DNA of 63,006 bases, filler included, from Octopus bimaculoides (GCF_001194135.2; 8 parts of 7 records of this genome joined end to end with filler, not necessarily neighbours in it); one strand, 5' to 3'; shown: positions 1 to 12,904, numbered from the whole stretch's first letter. The notes: generated from the letters alone by a model not told the origin. Made by a program: numbers and translations.

Positions 1-35
<35 letters not shown>

Positions 36-397
36 CATACATACAAAAATATATATACACTGACAGTGAAAGGAGTGCAGGAATGGTAACATAGATACTG
101 CGACATGATATCGAATATATGTGTATATGTGATATATAACATGCTACGTAGAAAACCTACAGCCGCTTTATTGTAATTATCAATTTTCATTGGTATTTAA
201 AATCAACTTGTTTATAAAATAATGTAAGAAGAATCTATAATTTTTGTCGTCTTTCAGTCAAAAAATAAAATGAAAATAAAGCTGATGTATATAATTTAAT
301 AATACACGTCCTCTCCAAATTTAAATTAATCACTCGGAAGAACGAGGAGATCATAAAAACGTGTTGCTATATTCTAGTATGTATATGTTTACAATTT

Positions 398-735
398 ATG
401 ATTTCTAAATTGAAACGTTGGTGATGTAGCTATTTGCTATAATCTAGCACCTTCGCTATGAGATGATTTATAAGACTGGAGAATTCGCACATACATATAT
501 ATATATAGATACATATGTACATGCATACATACATACATACATACATGCATATATACTTACACACATGCATACATGCATATATACTTACATACATAGATAC
601 GTACGTACATACATACATACATTCATACATACTTACATACATACAAAAATACCCGCCAATGAAAGAACCTTGTATCTAGGTTAGAAACGGTTCTTTATCA
701 ATTGGTAAGACATTTTGAAGTAAAACGCACATGCA
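398..735 (+). repeat. Two-module repeat X-(CATA)n-Y, homologous to 4757-4975
   Basis: Module X (gaaacgtt...atttgctataatctagcacc...ataagactg) and module Y (ccaatgaa...taggttagaaac) occur in the same order at both loci. Y is also the 3' UTR end of the LINE at 59246-59709. Confidence 0.6.
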
Positions 736-774
736 TACATATGTAAATACATACATGCATGCATACATACATAC

Positions 775-905
775 ATTCCAATAATAATTAGAGCCCTTGG
801 TTTTGTAAGTAAACGTCTAATTGCCAGTGTGGATAAGCTTGGATTTTCAGAGAAAGAAATCAACCAACTCATTACAAATACAATCTCGAAGCGTAAGGGT
901 AAGAC
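775..905 (+). mobile_element. Diverged fragment related to the (CATA)n-associated LINE
   Basis: IPIIIRALGFVSKRLIASVDKLGFSEKEINQLI aligns with IPVIIGTLGYVTHCLNISLEKLGFSKPETRKLI at about 59335-59430. Starts in CATA repeats. Confidence 0.6.
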
Positions 906-3699
906 AATGCGCGATCTCTCTCAGGTTTAAAATCTGACTTTGTTTTCGCTATCTACATTATATTCATGGAGCTTTGTACCTTTGTTTAAAAACAGCTCCT
1001 TCAGAGAGAGAATTTAAATCATTAAAAACACCAGATACATACATGCATGAATATGTATGTAAAGAGTATTTTCAGAAGGCAGTAAAGAATATTTTCACAA
1101 GGTTCACACGCATCGGACTTGTTTACCTATAACTTTCCGAAAATAGTTATTTTGAAACGAAAATTTCGACAGACACCTTTCACAGTGTGTAGAATACGAC
1201 TAAATTGCAATTTAATATGAAAATAAAATTAGTGGGATAACACCCAAGCATATAGTTGTGCGTCAGATTGTTCATGTAAAAAGTGATATCACAAAAATTC
1301 TCTTATGATCGGGATGTACAACATTTGAAACGTATTTCTAGAAAATTTCATTTAAAGACGTCAAGATATAATAAAGAAAGAAATTCGTTGGGGCACATAT
1401 CTGTAGGTATGCTGCAGCTAACTCCAACAGGTTACTGTGCATCATTGCGCATGCCTTACCGGAAGACCGTAGTAAACGTGTATTTTTTAGATAATAATTG
1501 TAGCTATGCACGTTGTTGGTTGTGTGTATCTACAAAGATATATAAAATAATGTTGCACGCGCACATACACACACACATGTACACACACACAATCATCTAA
1601 GTATTAAAGGGACATTTTCACACAGAACATAAGTAGAAATACATACACCTACATTTATACACGCGCTAATTCAACCACGTTTACAAAATGTCTGGTGACT
1701 TAGTGACCGGACTGAACGCCAATAAGAACTTGAATAAATTTCCGAGATAACATACATACACATGAGACAAACGCGCTCCTCGTCATCCGTTGAATACATC
1801 GCAAATATTCCCTTCATTGTGGGGATAGATCCATAGCTTTATATTCTAATCCTTGACAAGCAGGATAAGTCGAAGACGGGACTTTAAAATGGATTTGCGT
1901 GAATGTGTCTTTTCTGGATTCTAGTTTGCTTAATTAGCTTATCTCCAATACCAGCAGTTTCATTCCAGCAGCCAAAACACTAAAGTGAATATTATGTAGT
2001 AACTTCGTCTTGTTCTGAAGGGTTAATGTAGATTTTTGTCTTTGCCAATTTGCATTTAGCTATTTACTGAGGAACTTTTTTCAGTCTAGAAAACGTCAAA
2101 CGTTATACACTGGATGTCAATAATTCCACGTAGAAGACATGAATTACACACAAATGCACTGGATGTCGGAGCGGGGTGCGTTCTACTTTGAGCGTTACTG
2201 CCTTGACAAATGATTTGGGCGATTGTTTTAGAGCTGTATAGCAGGGAAAGGATGGACATTGCTCTCTTTGATTTACAGATGACCTCACGTTTGACATTAA
2301 CTGACAGCATCACCTGTCATAATCTGTAACGGAATTAAGAAGACATATACATGCATGCATACACTTATATAGACATACACGCATATAGAAACACGTAATC
2401 CACATTAACAGACGCGTGGTTGGAAAAGGCGATTAACCAATGAATTTGCTTTGATAATAAACTACGACAACGAGGTTAAATAGATAATATTTTGATGAGT
2501 CCATTGATGAATCATTTTCATTGAAGATCATTATAATATTCGTCTCTCACTTAAATTAACTGCGTAGAAAATCGTTACAAACTGGTTGAATACTACATCA
2601 ACAAAATTGGAAAGTATGAAACAAAAACAAATTAACGTAAGGGTTATGTTAAATCTTCTTACAATACAACTGGAGATTGTAAAATAAATTTTTACTAGAG
2701 TTATAAACTGAATAATGAATTATGTAACTGTAATAAATTGTCAAAGGAATATACGATTGATAACTAAATAAACAAAAGGAAAATATCGTGAGATGAAATT
2801 TATTTGGATCATTTGGGTCCATAAGATATATTTCCTTTCGCAAAATTTAAGCTACGCACCGAAAGCGAGACAAAACGTAGCAATTTAAGATTGGAAAACT
2901 CTTATAGATTGTGTATATTAAAGTGAGCATTGTGGGTATTTGTTTGCGTGCGAGTGAATTTGGTAAAAATTTATTTATATTGTGGCTGTGCTTTTGTAAA
3001 AAAAGACCGTTTCAAATGACTCATTTAAGTGATTAATGAAAGCATTAAATCATTGTAAATAAACCGTTTTCGTACGATGACTGCATATACTTCAAACATA
3101 ACGGACCAACCAACTGCTTTAACAAATTCGTATTACCAACTAGAGCTCAATATTTTACATTGATTCTGCTGCTATTTCTTTGGCAGAAAGAATTTAGGAA
3201 ATAGTCGTGGTGGGAGGGCGGATAATTCAGAGTAGTGCCCTAGTTGCCTACACTTCGAAGATAATAGGGGGTGGATGTAGTCTTCAAGCATCCAAAATTA
3301 AATCTTTTGGAAGTTATAGCAATATTCTAGACAAAGGTGGTAACTTAATTAATATTATGACAGCCTACTAGACTAGTTAAGTACTTGAATCTTATATCCA
3401 GCTTTGTTACACCAAAGAGTAAGGCTCGGGGTAGTAAAAAAAATTAAATGCCTTAAGTGGAAGGGTTGATAATTGGAACAAAGAAGGACAGGAAGAGCTA
3501 ACAACACTTCTTTGATTGTCAACTTAAAGCGGGAGGTAATGAAAAACTAAAGGAATAAGTACAATAAATTATGACTGGAAGATAAGTTCAGAGGATGAGG
3601 GAGGGAGAACATTGTAACTTAGCATATTTATAATGTTAAAGCAAAATATAACTAAATATATAGGTGACAGCTAGACGTTACACTTAAAATTTTAAGATA

Positions 3700-4250
3700 C
3701 AGGGTGTTCAAAAAGTCTCTCCGCAGTATTTTATAGCAAAATAAATATTTATAAGATGGTACAAGACTACAAAAGAATATATTAGACTTTACAAGACTTT
3801 AAAAAACTTTATAAGAGGTGTTGAAAGTGTCGTCCTTCATTTCATTTTCAATACGTAATTTGACTCTTCTACACGTTTTGAAATACATTTTGGAGAGTCT
3901 GACGCGGTATGGACAGTGGGAAGCTTATGATTGGGTAGTTTGACTCATTGATGGTTTTCTGGCGATTCTTGTACACTGATCCTTTACTTGCAACCCAGAA
4001 AAAAAGTCTGGTGATATTAAATCAGGTGATCTTGATGGCCAAAGTCCCTTCAAAATAATCCGTTCAACGAAAAACACTTGAAGTAGCGCCACGGTGATGC
4101 GTGAATTATGTGCTTTAGCTCCATCTTGCTGAAAGTATGCATTATTAATTTTACTTTCATTGAGTTGGACTACAAATGGATAGACAATATTTGAACAATA
4201 TCTCTCGGTGTTGATGGTGGCTTCAAAAATTCACTGCGGAGAACACTCTG
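3700..4250 (-). mobile_element. Internally deleted Tc1/mariner (rosa/maT-like) element
   Basis: TA-CAGGGTGTTC...CTCCGCAGT left end and ACTGCGGAGAACACTCTG right end (imperfect TIRs). Minus strand reads YFQQDGAKAH...WPSRSPDLISPDFF and ...EGRHFQHLL*. Confidence 0.85.
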
Positions 4251-4440
4251 TGTAAGAGAAATATTAAGACTTTTCATAAATGTAGTGTATAGAATCTTCT
4301 GATAAAGAATGTATAATAGAATTATTTATAATATTAATAGATACCTATAGTATATATCAAACCGATATTTGAACCATTCTCGTCAAATACGGGTAAAGAT
4401 AAGATATGGTAAGAAATGAGATCTAATGCATTATTATTCT

Positions 4441-4738
4441 TATGCGCCCCTTTAAAGCCTAGCCAGGCTCATAGGCCCGGTTTCCCAGTTTCTATGGCGT
4501 ATGTGTTCCCCCCTATCTGCACGGGACGCCAGTCCATCGCAGCTTTACTCAAGAAACAGGAAGAAAGAGTGAGAGAAAGTTGAGGCGAAAAAGTACAAAA
4601 GAGGTTGCCAACACCCCCTGTCAGAGCCTCGTGGAGCTTTAGGTGTTTTCGCTCAATAAACACACACAACTCCCGGTCTGGGAATCGAAACCGCGATCCT
4701 CCGACCGCAAGACCTCTGCCCTAACCATTAGGCCATTG
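4441..4738 (-). mobile_element. S3 head and middle with an alternative 3' module
   Basis: 4555-4738 matches 62810-62995. 4441-4550 (aagcctagccaggctc...gggacgccagtccatcgcag) replaces the usual S3 3' part. Confidence 0.75.
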
Positions 4739-4756
4739 TAAGTATCTGTTTACCAT

Positions 4757-4975
4757 TTTTGTTTTCTGAACTGAAACGTTCGCGATTTATTTGCTATAAT
4801 CTAGCACCTTCTGTATAAGATGAATTATAAGACTGAAAAATCCATATATACATTACATATGTACAAAAATACCCTGTTGTTGATGTTGATATTCCAATGA
4901 AGAAGCCTTGGATTTAGGTTAGAAACCGGCTCATTCTCCATTGGGAAGAAATCTAGAAATAAACTGAATAAGGAC
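4757..4975 (+). repeat. Second copy of X-(CATA)n-Y
   Basis: Direct homology to 398-735. Confidence 0.6.
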
Positions 4976-5181
4976 ATACGTACATGCATGCATATATACA
5001 CAAATACATACTGAGTGGAAGATTTAGAATAATTAAAAACTTGAAGAAACATACAAACAAAAATAGCCAGTGAATGCCTATTTTGTGCATATATGCGTAA
5101 AATAACATGCATAATCGAATCATACAAGTTAACGCAGGTGGGTACATGCACACATGCGTATAGTCACATGCAAATTAAAAT

Positions 5182-5232
<51 letters not shown>

Positions 5233-5594
5233 NNNNNNNNNNNNNNNNNNNNNNNNNNNNNNNNNNNNNNNNNNNNNNNNNNNNNNNNNNNNNNNNNNNN
5301 NNNNNNNNNNNNNNNNNNNNNNNNNNNNNNNNNNNNNNNNNNNNNNNNNNNNNNNNNNNNNNNNNNNNNNNNNNNNNNNNNNNNNNNNNNNNNNNNNNNN
5401 NNNNNNNNNNNNNNNNNNNNNNNNNNNNNNNNNNNNNNNNNNNNNNNNNNNNNNNNNNNNNNNNNNNNNNNNNNNNNNNNNNNNNNNNNNNNNNNNNNNN
5501 NNNNNNNNNNNNNNNNNNNNNNNNNNNNNNNNNNNNNNNNNNNNNNNNNNNNNNNNNNNNNNNNNNNNNNNNNNNNNNNNNNNNNNNNNNNNNN

Positions 5595-5626
<32 letters not shown>

Positions 5627-6327
5627 CACACATATATATATTCATTCAAAGACGCCTAAATTTGTCTAGATTTCAGTAAAAGTGCCTTGTTTCTGGATTG
5701 TAAACCAGTAAAATTATGTCTCTTTCCGAGATAATATAGTTCGTAAAATATAACCCGAAGAATAAAGAAACATATATGCACACTCCATACACACGTGTTT
5801 ACGACCGCCTTAACTGAGGGATAAACCACGTAAACGCATCGAAATGCAAAGGGGAAAATACTATTTTCTTTGTTTTAATTTCCTGTCTACGTTCGAAAAC
5901 GTAGGTGAGTTAATACGTCAGTAGACAGAGATTCGTTAAAATATCAAAAACAAAGTGAAATCAAGAGCAAAAGCATTAACATTCCAAAATTAATCACTAA
6001 TATATTTCATCAATGATATATTATGGCATAAACTTGGTTCTACCCATTTCGTCTAGAGTATAGAGGAAATTAAATGGTTATCAAATATAATAATCGTATT
6101 TTCTGTCAATAATATAAAGCTAAAAAACAAAATGAAGGTCTTTTATGTCCTCGGCATAAAACTGTTTAATTCACTATTTGTCATGTTTGATGAATGATTT
6201 CTGTCTGATAATGTGGGACACAATAATTATAAATTCATTTAAAATGTCTTCAAAAACAGAAGAAATACATAAGATAACAACGAAAACAACTTCAATAATA
6301 ATAATAATAATGATAATAATAATAATG

Positions 6328-6406
<79 letters not shown>

Positions 6407-6422
6407 TGATGATGATAGAAAA

Positions 6423-6530
6423 TTAGGCACAAGGCTAGTGATTGTGGTGGAGGGGTAAGACCCTAGCACTCATCTGGCACTTAATTTATCGACCCCGAAG
6501 GGATGAAAGACAAAGTCAACCTCAGCAGAA
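6423..6530 (-). mobile_element. SINE S2, 3' half; tail array at 6294-6418
   Basis: cacttaatttatcgaccccgaagggatgaaagacaaagtcaacctc matches S2. Confidence 0.8.
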
Positions 6531-6542
6531 TAAATAATAATA

Positions 6543-6573
<31 letters not shown>

Positions 6574-6577
<4 letters not shown>

Positions 6578-7535
6578 CACAAAAGCACGTGAAAAATTAG
6601 CTAGCAGATGGGAACAGAAACCTCTGCACGACAAGTATGTGGCTCGTAGCAAACAAGCTGATGTCGACCAGAAACGCACGCACCAGTGGTTACAAAGTTC
6701 AGGGCTAAAAGCAGAGAGTGAAGGTTTCATATTGGCTGCTCAAGACCAAAGCTTATTAACCCGGAACTACCAAGCCAATGTGATAAAAAATGGAGCTGAC
6801 CCGAAATGCCCATTTTGTAACGATGCGATTGAAACTATAGACCACCTAATCTCAGGGTGTAGAGTCTTAGCACCTGTAGAATATAAAACAAGACATGACA
6901 GAGTTGGCCAGTATTTACACTGGACAATATGTCAGCATTATAAAATCAAAACCGCTGACAAATGGTATAAACACCATCCTGAAGCTGTGACTGAGGGACA
7001 AAATGTATCGATTCTCTGGGACTTCCCCGTACATACTGACAAGGCTATAAAAGCTAATAAACAGGATATTATTATAAAAGATCAGACAAAGAAGACGTGT
7101 TTATTAATTGACATGAGTATTCCCTCTGATCATAATATAGCGGCGAAAGAATTTGACACGATCAGTTAATATAAAGACTTGCTAATAGAAATTGAAAAAA
7201 TGTGGCACCTCAAGGCGACTACCATACCAGTGATTGTAGGATCTCTAGGAATGATAAAAAAAGGTATTGAAACCTATTCGAAAATGATACCAGGCTTACC
7301 ATCCCTACAGGAAGTGCAAAAACTCGTGCTAACTGGAACGACTCATGTACTGAAAAGAGCATTATCACTGTGAAAACAACATCCATTCATGAACTTTTTT
7401 TTCCTTAAATACATGTTTTACCTGTGAATTTGCGTGTGTGAACTGGGAATGCATACAACGAGTTTCTCTGCTCTAGGTGTACGGAAAACGCTCGGCGAGA
7501 AATGGAAGAATATTTGAAGAAAGAAGAAAAAAACA
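6574..7535 (+). mobile_element. 5'-truncated R4/Dong-type non-LTR retrotransposon (zinc knuckle plus restriction-like endonuclease) in a (TAA)n array
   Basis: WEQKPLHDKY, CPFC..ETIDHLISGC knuckle, ANKQDIIIKD..CLLIDMSIP endonuclease motif, TIPVIVGSLG. Premature stop at 7167-7169, terminal stop at 7373. TAA repeats on both sides. Confidence 0.9.
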
Positions 7536-7569
7536 ACATAATAATAATAATAATGATGATGATGATGAT

Positions 7570-7785
7570 CCTTTCTACAATAGGTGCGGGCCTGGAATTT
7601 TGTGAGGAGGGGGACATTCGATCATATCGCCCGCAGCACTTCACTGGTACTTAATTTATCAAACCCTGAAGGATGAAAGGCAAAGTCGACCTCGGCTGAA
7701 TTTGAACTCAGAACGTAAAGACAGACGAAATACTGCTAAGCATTTTGCCCAGCAGGGTAACGTTTCGGCCAGCTGGCCACCTTAA
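7570..7785 (-). mobile_element. tRNA-derived SINE family S2 with (ATT)n tail
   Basis: Minus strand ggtggccagctggcc...gttctgagttcaaattc..gaggtcgactttgcctttcatcc..gataaattaagtaccag; tail array at 7538-7569. Confidence 0.85.
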
Positions 7786-7834
7786 TAATAAAAATAATAA
7801 ATCTTTCTACTACAGGCACCAGGCCTGACTACTG

Positions 7835-7939
<105 letters not shown>

Positions 7940-8694
7940 TAATGTTCAAAATGTGTGTGCATGTGTGTGTATGTGCATGTGTGTGTGTGAGTATGTCTGT
8001 ATGTGTCTACGTATGTATTTACGAGAAATTACCACGAACAAATTTATTATATTGATAGATAGATAGATAGATAGATAGATTTTTGAGTATCTCTACCTAA
8101 ATGACAAAACTTTTATGAACTAACCAAAGCATTTTCCAGCCAACAATCCTATGCTGGTGAGTTTTAATAAAACCGGAACCTGTTGTAATCGTAAACTTAC
8201 CAGTAAACAAATGTTATATTTTCTCTGTAACATATGAATTAATTTTCTGATATTTGTTTCTTAAAATTATCTCTGATTTTCTTCGAAAACCGCTGTTTGT
8301 TAAATTTTCATTATGTGAATATATTTTGGGCAATTCAGTCAAGTGACAAATCCATAAATTTATATATCGTGTTTGTGTGTATGTGTTTTTGCATGCATGT
8401 GTGTGTGTCCGTGTTTGCGTGTCTGTATTTGTCCGTGCGTGCGTATACGCGAACAAGAATTGTGAAAGAATATAACGAGAGAAACATCTTGAAGCGTCTT
8501 CTTATACATATGTCTATGTGTGGGTCGGGGAAGGGTTATGCGTGGACGTATGTGTGTATGCTCGCGTGTGTGTGTGTGTGTATGAGTGTATATTTGTGTG
8601 TGCAAGGTTTTCACATGGGCAACTGTGCATGTGGGATTTGTGCGTTTTTCTGACTGATGGCAAATAAGTTTGTAAAATATGTTTTTAGTATAGA

Positions 8695-8739
<45 letters not shown>

Positions 8740-9591
8740 GTGTATGTGTGTGTGTAGAATTTGAGCTTGAGCACGTGTGTGTATGAAGTTATCCCTAGAT
8801 ATATTACTAATACGCATGTGTGCGTTTTTCTGACTGATGGCAAATAAGTGTGTAAAATATCTGTGTGTGTGTGCGTGTGTGTGTTTGTATGCGTACATGC
8901 ATGCATGTGAGTGTGTGTGTGTGTGTTGTCTAAAATATATTTAATGGTAATTTCGAAAAATTTCGAAAGACGTGTGGCAGCGTAACTGAGCAGGCATGTG
9001 GTTGAATAATTTAATTAGCTTAACATGATAGTATTTGTAAATATGTTGCAGACAGAAGGAAAATATTATTGTCGATAATGAGGTGGATTATGTACAATGA
9101 TAAGAACAAGATGATGATATGATGGCAGCAAGGAAAAAAAAATATATAAATTTATATGAAGATATATATAAAAAATAAACAGGCATTGCAATCCACTGAT
9201 TTTAGATTACGCGTTTATAACTAAGAGAAGACTAATTATATTTTAGCGATTAATAGATAAGTTTATGTATAGTAGAATCATAGAGATATAGAAATAAAAA
9301 AAATGACAATAATCGTACACGTTGCCGAGCGCATGCGCAGTGACGTATATACGTGGGAGGGTGCATGGATTTCTGAATGTGGGTGTGTGTGTGTGTGTGT
9401 GTGTGTGTTTGTGTGTGCCCAGTAAGTGTAGAAAGAATTTGACGCGTATGAATCTATGTGCACACTCACCAACTCTCTCACACACACACACACACATATA
9501 TATAAAACATTGAATAAATATAGTCAACTGGAAGGAGTATATTTAGACAGCTATTTGATAAATACACTTGATATATATATATATATATATA

Positions 9592-9697
9592 TATATANNN
9601 NNNNNNNNNNNNNNNNNNNNNNNNNNNNNNNNNNNNNNNNNTTAATTAATTAANNNNNNNNNNNNNNNNNNNNNNNNNNNNNNNNNNNNNNNNNNNN
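9592..9697. other. Assembly spacer N-TTAATTAATTAA-N (also at 18842, 24412, 26791, 41020, 45422, 52508)
   Basis: An identical 12-mer with stops in all six frames is centred in about 50+50 Ns seven times; an artificial scaffold linker. Confidence 0.95.
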
Positions 9698-9728
<31 letters not shown>

Positions 9729-10350
9729 GAGGGGAGAAATTAATATTATTAAATAATAATAATTTAAACCAATGACTAGCATACTTAAACATTGTCCGAG
9801 AACTATAAATATATATAAATAAGAGGAAGAAACACCAGATGGCTTCCTAATATGCTAGAAATAGACGCCAAATAGTTTTACCAAGAAGAATATCTTCTTA
9901 AAATTAGCATACGATTGATGTTTGCGAGCAAGACAAATGAAAGGAAACAAAAGAAAGCAGTTAATCTCATACCTTAAGATCGCCGCAGACACATAGATCT
10001 AGATACCAATCGCCTCTTTGATCGAGCACATGCGTATAAAGTTCCACCAATTATGCATCTAAATACCCATCCACATGCCTTCATACTAGCACGCCAAGCC
10101 AGAAAGAACAGTGCAGATTAATAAAGCTCAGCAGCGAATTCACTGGCTAGAAAACATGACTATTTAAAATTTTTATTAATATTATTAAATATTAATTTCA
10201 ACCAATGGCCAGCATGCTTGAAAACTGCTCGAGGACTATAAATAATGGACTATATATAAATACGAGGAAGAATCAATAGCTGGCTTCCTAAAAAGGACAT
10301 GTACTTTCAGAGCAAGTGACCTGATCTAAAATCGTGTGCTGCAACAAAAG

Positions 10351-10585
10351 CAATTGCAGCGTGGGAAAATGTTTATAAGCCATTTAAAAAAACACAAAAA
10401 CCGATTACCAAAATATTTTCATTGCTTTGAGACCGCGACATGATCACTGAATTTTGTCAGTGATCAAGTCGCGGTCTCAAAGCGCCGAAAATATTATGGC
10501 AAATTAAATTTAAATGTTGAAGTGAATCTAACGGTTTTTGTGTGTTATTTTAAATGGCTTATAAACACCTTCCATGCTGCAATTG
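10351..10585. repeat. Palindromic fold-back element
   Basis: Core arms 10424-10450 and 10457-10483 pair at 26/27 bp around a 6-nt loop. The outer arms (caattgcagc..tttataagccatttaaa..cacaaaaaccg) are also inverted. Confidence 0.85.
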
Positions 10586-10589
10586 TATA

Positions 10590-10623
<34 letters not shown>

Positions 10624-10627
<4 letters not shown>

Positions 10628-11500
10628 AGGTGCGGTGAATAAATTATCGTTTAAATTACGCAAAAATGAAAAATACTGACATTTCATTTCAACAGATATA
10701 TTTACTAAAATTGCATAAAAATATATCCAAGTGCTAAAGAGTGAATGTATTCAATAAAATCGACATTGGCTTCAACCACGGTCTCCAGACGTCTTTGGAA
10801 TCTCCCGCATCTCTCTGCACGGTCTCCTCGTTAAATTGGTGAATGCACCGAGAATTCTTGCTTTCAGTTCATCTTTGGTGTTATAAGGAGTTTTGTAGGT
10901 TTCTTGCTCAACTGCGCCCCACGATTAATAACCAAGGGGTTTCAGTCTGGGGAGTTAGGGGTGATGTAATCGCAGAAATTGTCTGACAGCCATAACTGAG
11001 TTCTCCTGCTTGTGTGGCATGATGCAGAATTCTGTTGCCAAACATGGGGTCTTCCAGCAGCCACCCTCTTGACCCAGGGCAACACTACCACCTCCAGGTA
11101 CTTGATGAAAGCTTCCCTGTTGAGACTGAGGCCATGTGGGGAGATAAATGGAGGTATAATATCGCTATCACTAGTGATCTCTTCTAAGACCATGATGTTA
11201 ACTGGATGTTTAATTTTTATCACTTTCGGTACATGTTTTGGGGACAGGGTAAATGAACGGTTGTTCTGTGTGTCCACCATCTGAACCTGGCAGAAATCAC
11301 CATTAAACTCACCCAGCTCTTACCGAATCCTTTTCACTGTCCTCAGATTGACACCCAAACACTCTGAAATGTTCGCATTGGTGCTTCCGGCGCAAATGTC
11401 AAACAGTACAGCATGTTGTTTCCAAATTCCCGGCAGAGTGAATTGCACCATGGTGCTGCTTTTCTCACAGACGGTGCCCGACTAACCCTACTATACCGTG
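10624..11500 (-). mobile_element. Degraded maT (DD37D-like) mariner transposon with internal deletion
   Basis: ATG at 11451 (MVQFTLPGIWKQHAVL...ISECLGVNLRTV helix-turn-helix), fused to KHPVNIMV...WQQNSASCHTSRRTQ...PNSPD and a C-terminal RFQRRLETVVEANVDFIE. Right boundary approximate. Confidence 0.8.
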
Positions 11501-12041
11501 TAGTCGAAAAAGTCAAAAACAAAGAATGCACATGCGCGAAATTAAAAATATAAAATGGCGACAATCTACCCATTGTAGCCTGAAAAAAATATATCGAATG
11601 CACACGTCCTTTTTGCAAGTAAGTTTGTACTATATATANNNNNNNNNNNNNNNNNNNNNNNNNNNNNNNNNNNNNNNNNNNNNNNNNNNNNNNNNNNNNN
11701 NNNNNNNNNNNNNNNNNNNNNNNNNNNNNNNNNNNNNNNNNNNNNNNNNNNNNNNNNNNNNNNNNNNNNNNNNNNNNNNNNNNNNNNNNNNNNNNNNNNN
11801 NNNNNNNNNNNNNNNNNNNNNNNNNNNNNNNNNNNNNNNNNNNNNNNNNNNNNNNAATTTCGAAAGGAAATGAAAAATAAAAACTTTTACCAATCTATAT
11901 TCAGTACCATGGTTTCAAGTCAATTTTAGTAAGATAAAGATTATATCTTACAAGGTCGGACTTTTGTGGTATGTAGTCTTTTGCTGCTATTTCTAGCGAG
12001 TAGATGTCCTATTATAGACATCTCTGCATTTTAAATGAATA

Positions 12042-12087
<46 letters not shown>

Positions 12088-12312
12088 TTACGCTGTTACT
12101 TGAAATATCCTTTAATGTTATCAGAAAGTCGAAGCTGAATGATGTTCTAAATTTTACCACTCACTGTGTAAATCCCTCGAGACACAGATAGATGTTATCT
12201 TTCGTATAATCTGGTTTTCATAAAATGAAATTATGATGATTAACTTTGCATGTGTCTACTCTACAGATAATTTTCCGCTGCGTGTGAAGTGGTAACATTA
12301 AGCACAAGGTAG

Positions 12313-12510
12313 GACGGAGAGCTGGCAGAATCGTTAGCCCCGTCGCTTAAAACAATCGGCTACTTTACTTCCGACTTGACGTTCTGAGTTCAAATTCCAC
12401 CAGCGTCAACTTTGCTTTTCATTCTCTCAGCTCGATAAAATAAGTAGTAGTTGAGCACTGAGGCTGATGAAATCGATTCGCCACCTCCCCGCAAAATGCT
12501 AGCCTTGTGA
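12313..12510 (+). mobile_element. SINE S2
   Basis: gagctggcagaatcgttag...gttctgagttcaaattcc...gataaaataagtag...gccttgtg. Confidence 0.8.
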
Positions 12511-12904
12511 CATGAACTTTAAGTAGAAGGCATATAATTTGTGTTAGGAAATCTTGAGCCTCTATTTGAGCATTTTAGTTTTCAAAAGGTCCAGTGTGGA
12601 ATAAATTAACTTTATCATTCAATTACTATAAAATTATATGCTTTAATATTTTGGGCAGATTCCCTGTTTCTTTTTATTGTTAATAGTTTTTAATGTTTTC
12701 TGTGCGGCTCTAAACGGAACCACTAAATATTCGTATACGCCTTTAATCTCATACCGCATGATTTTGCTCTTCAGCAGGAACGCCACCTCTTTCACATATT
12801 CATGTTCCTACAAACTCCTCATCCTTATCATCGCCATCGACCGCGTCGAAATCACTGTCGTTGCGAACGTGGTTGTTATCGGCGTCGGTGGTGAAGTCAT
12901 TTTC

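Noticed and set aside
2086-2330. Slightly GC-richer island with ORFs on the minus strand and Cys-containing fragments on the plus strand
   Set aside because: No frame gives a recognisable domain without several stops or shifts.
5886-5903. Small perfect hairpins (ctacgtt-cgaa-aacgtag; also cttattggag/ctccaataag at about 27702-27728)
   Set aside because: Stems of 7-10 bp are expected by chance in 63 kb, and there is no supporting context.
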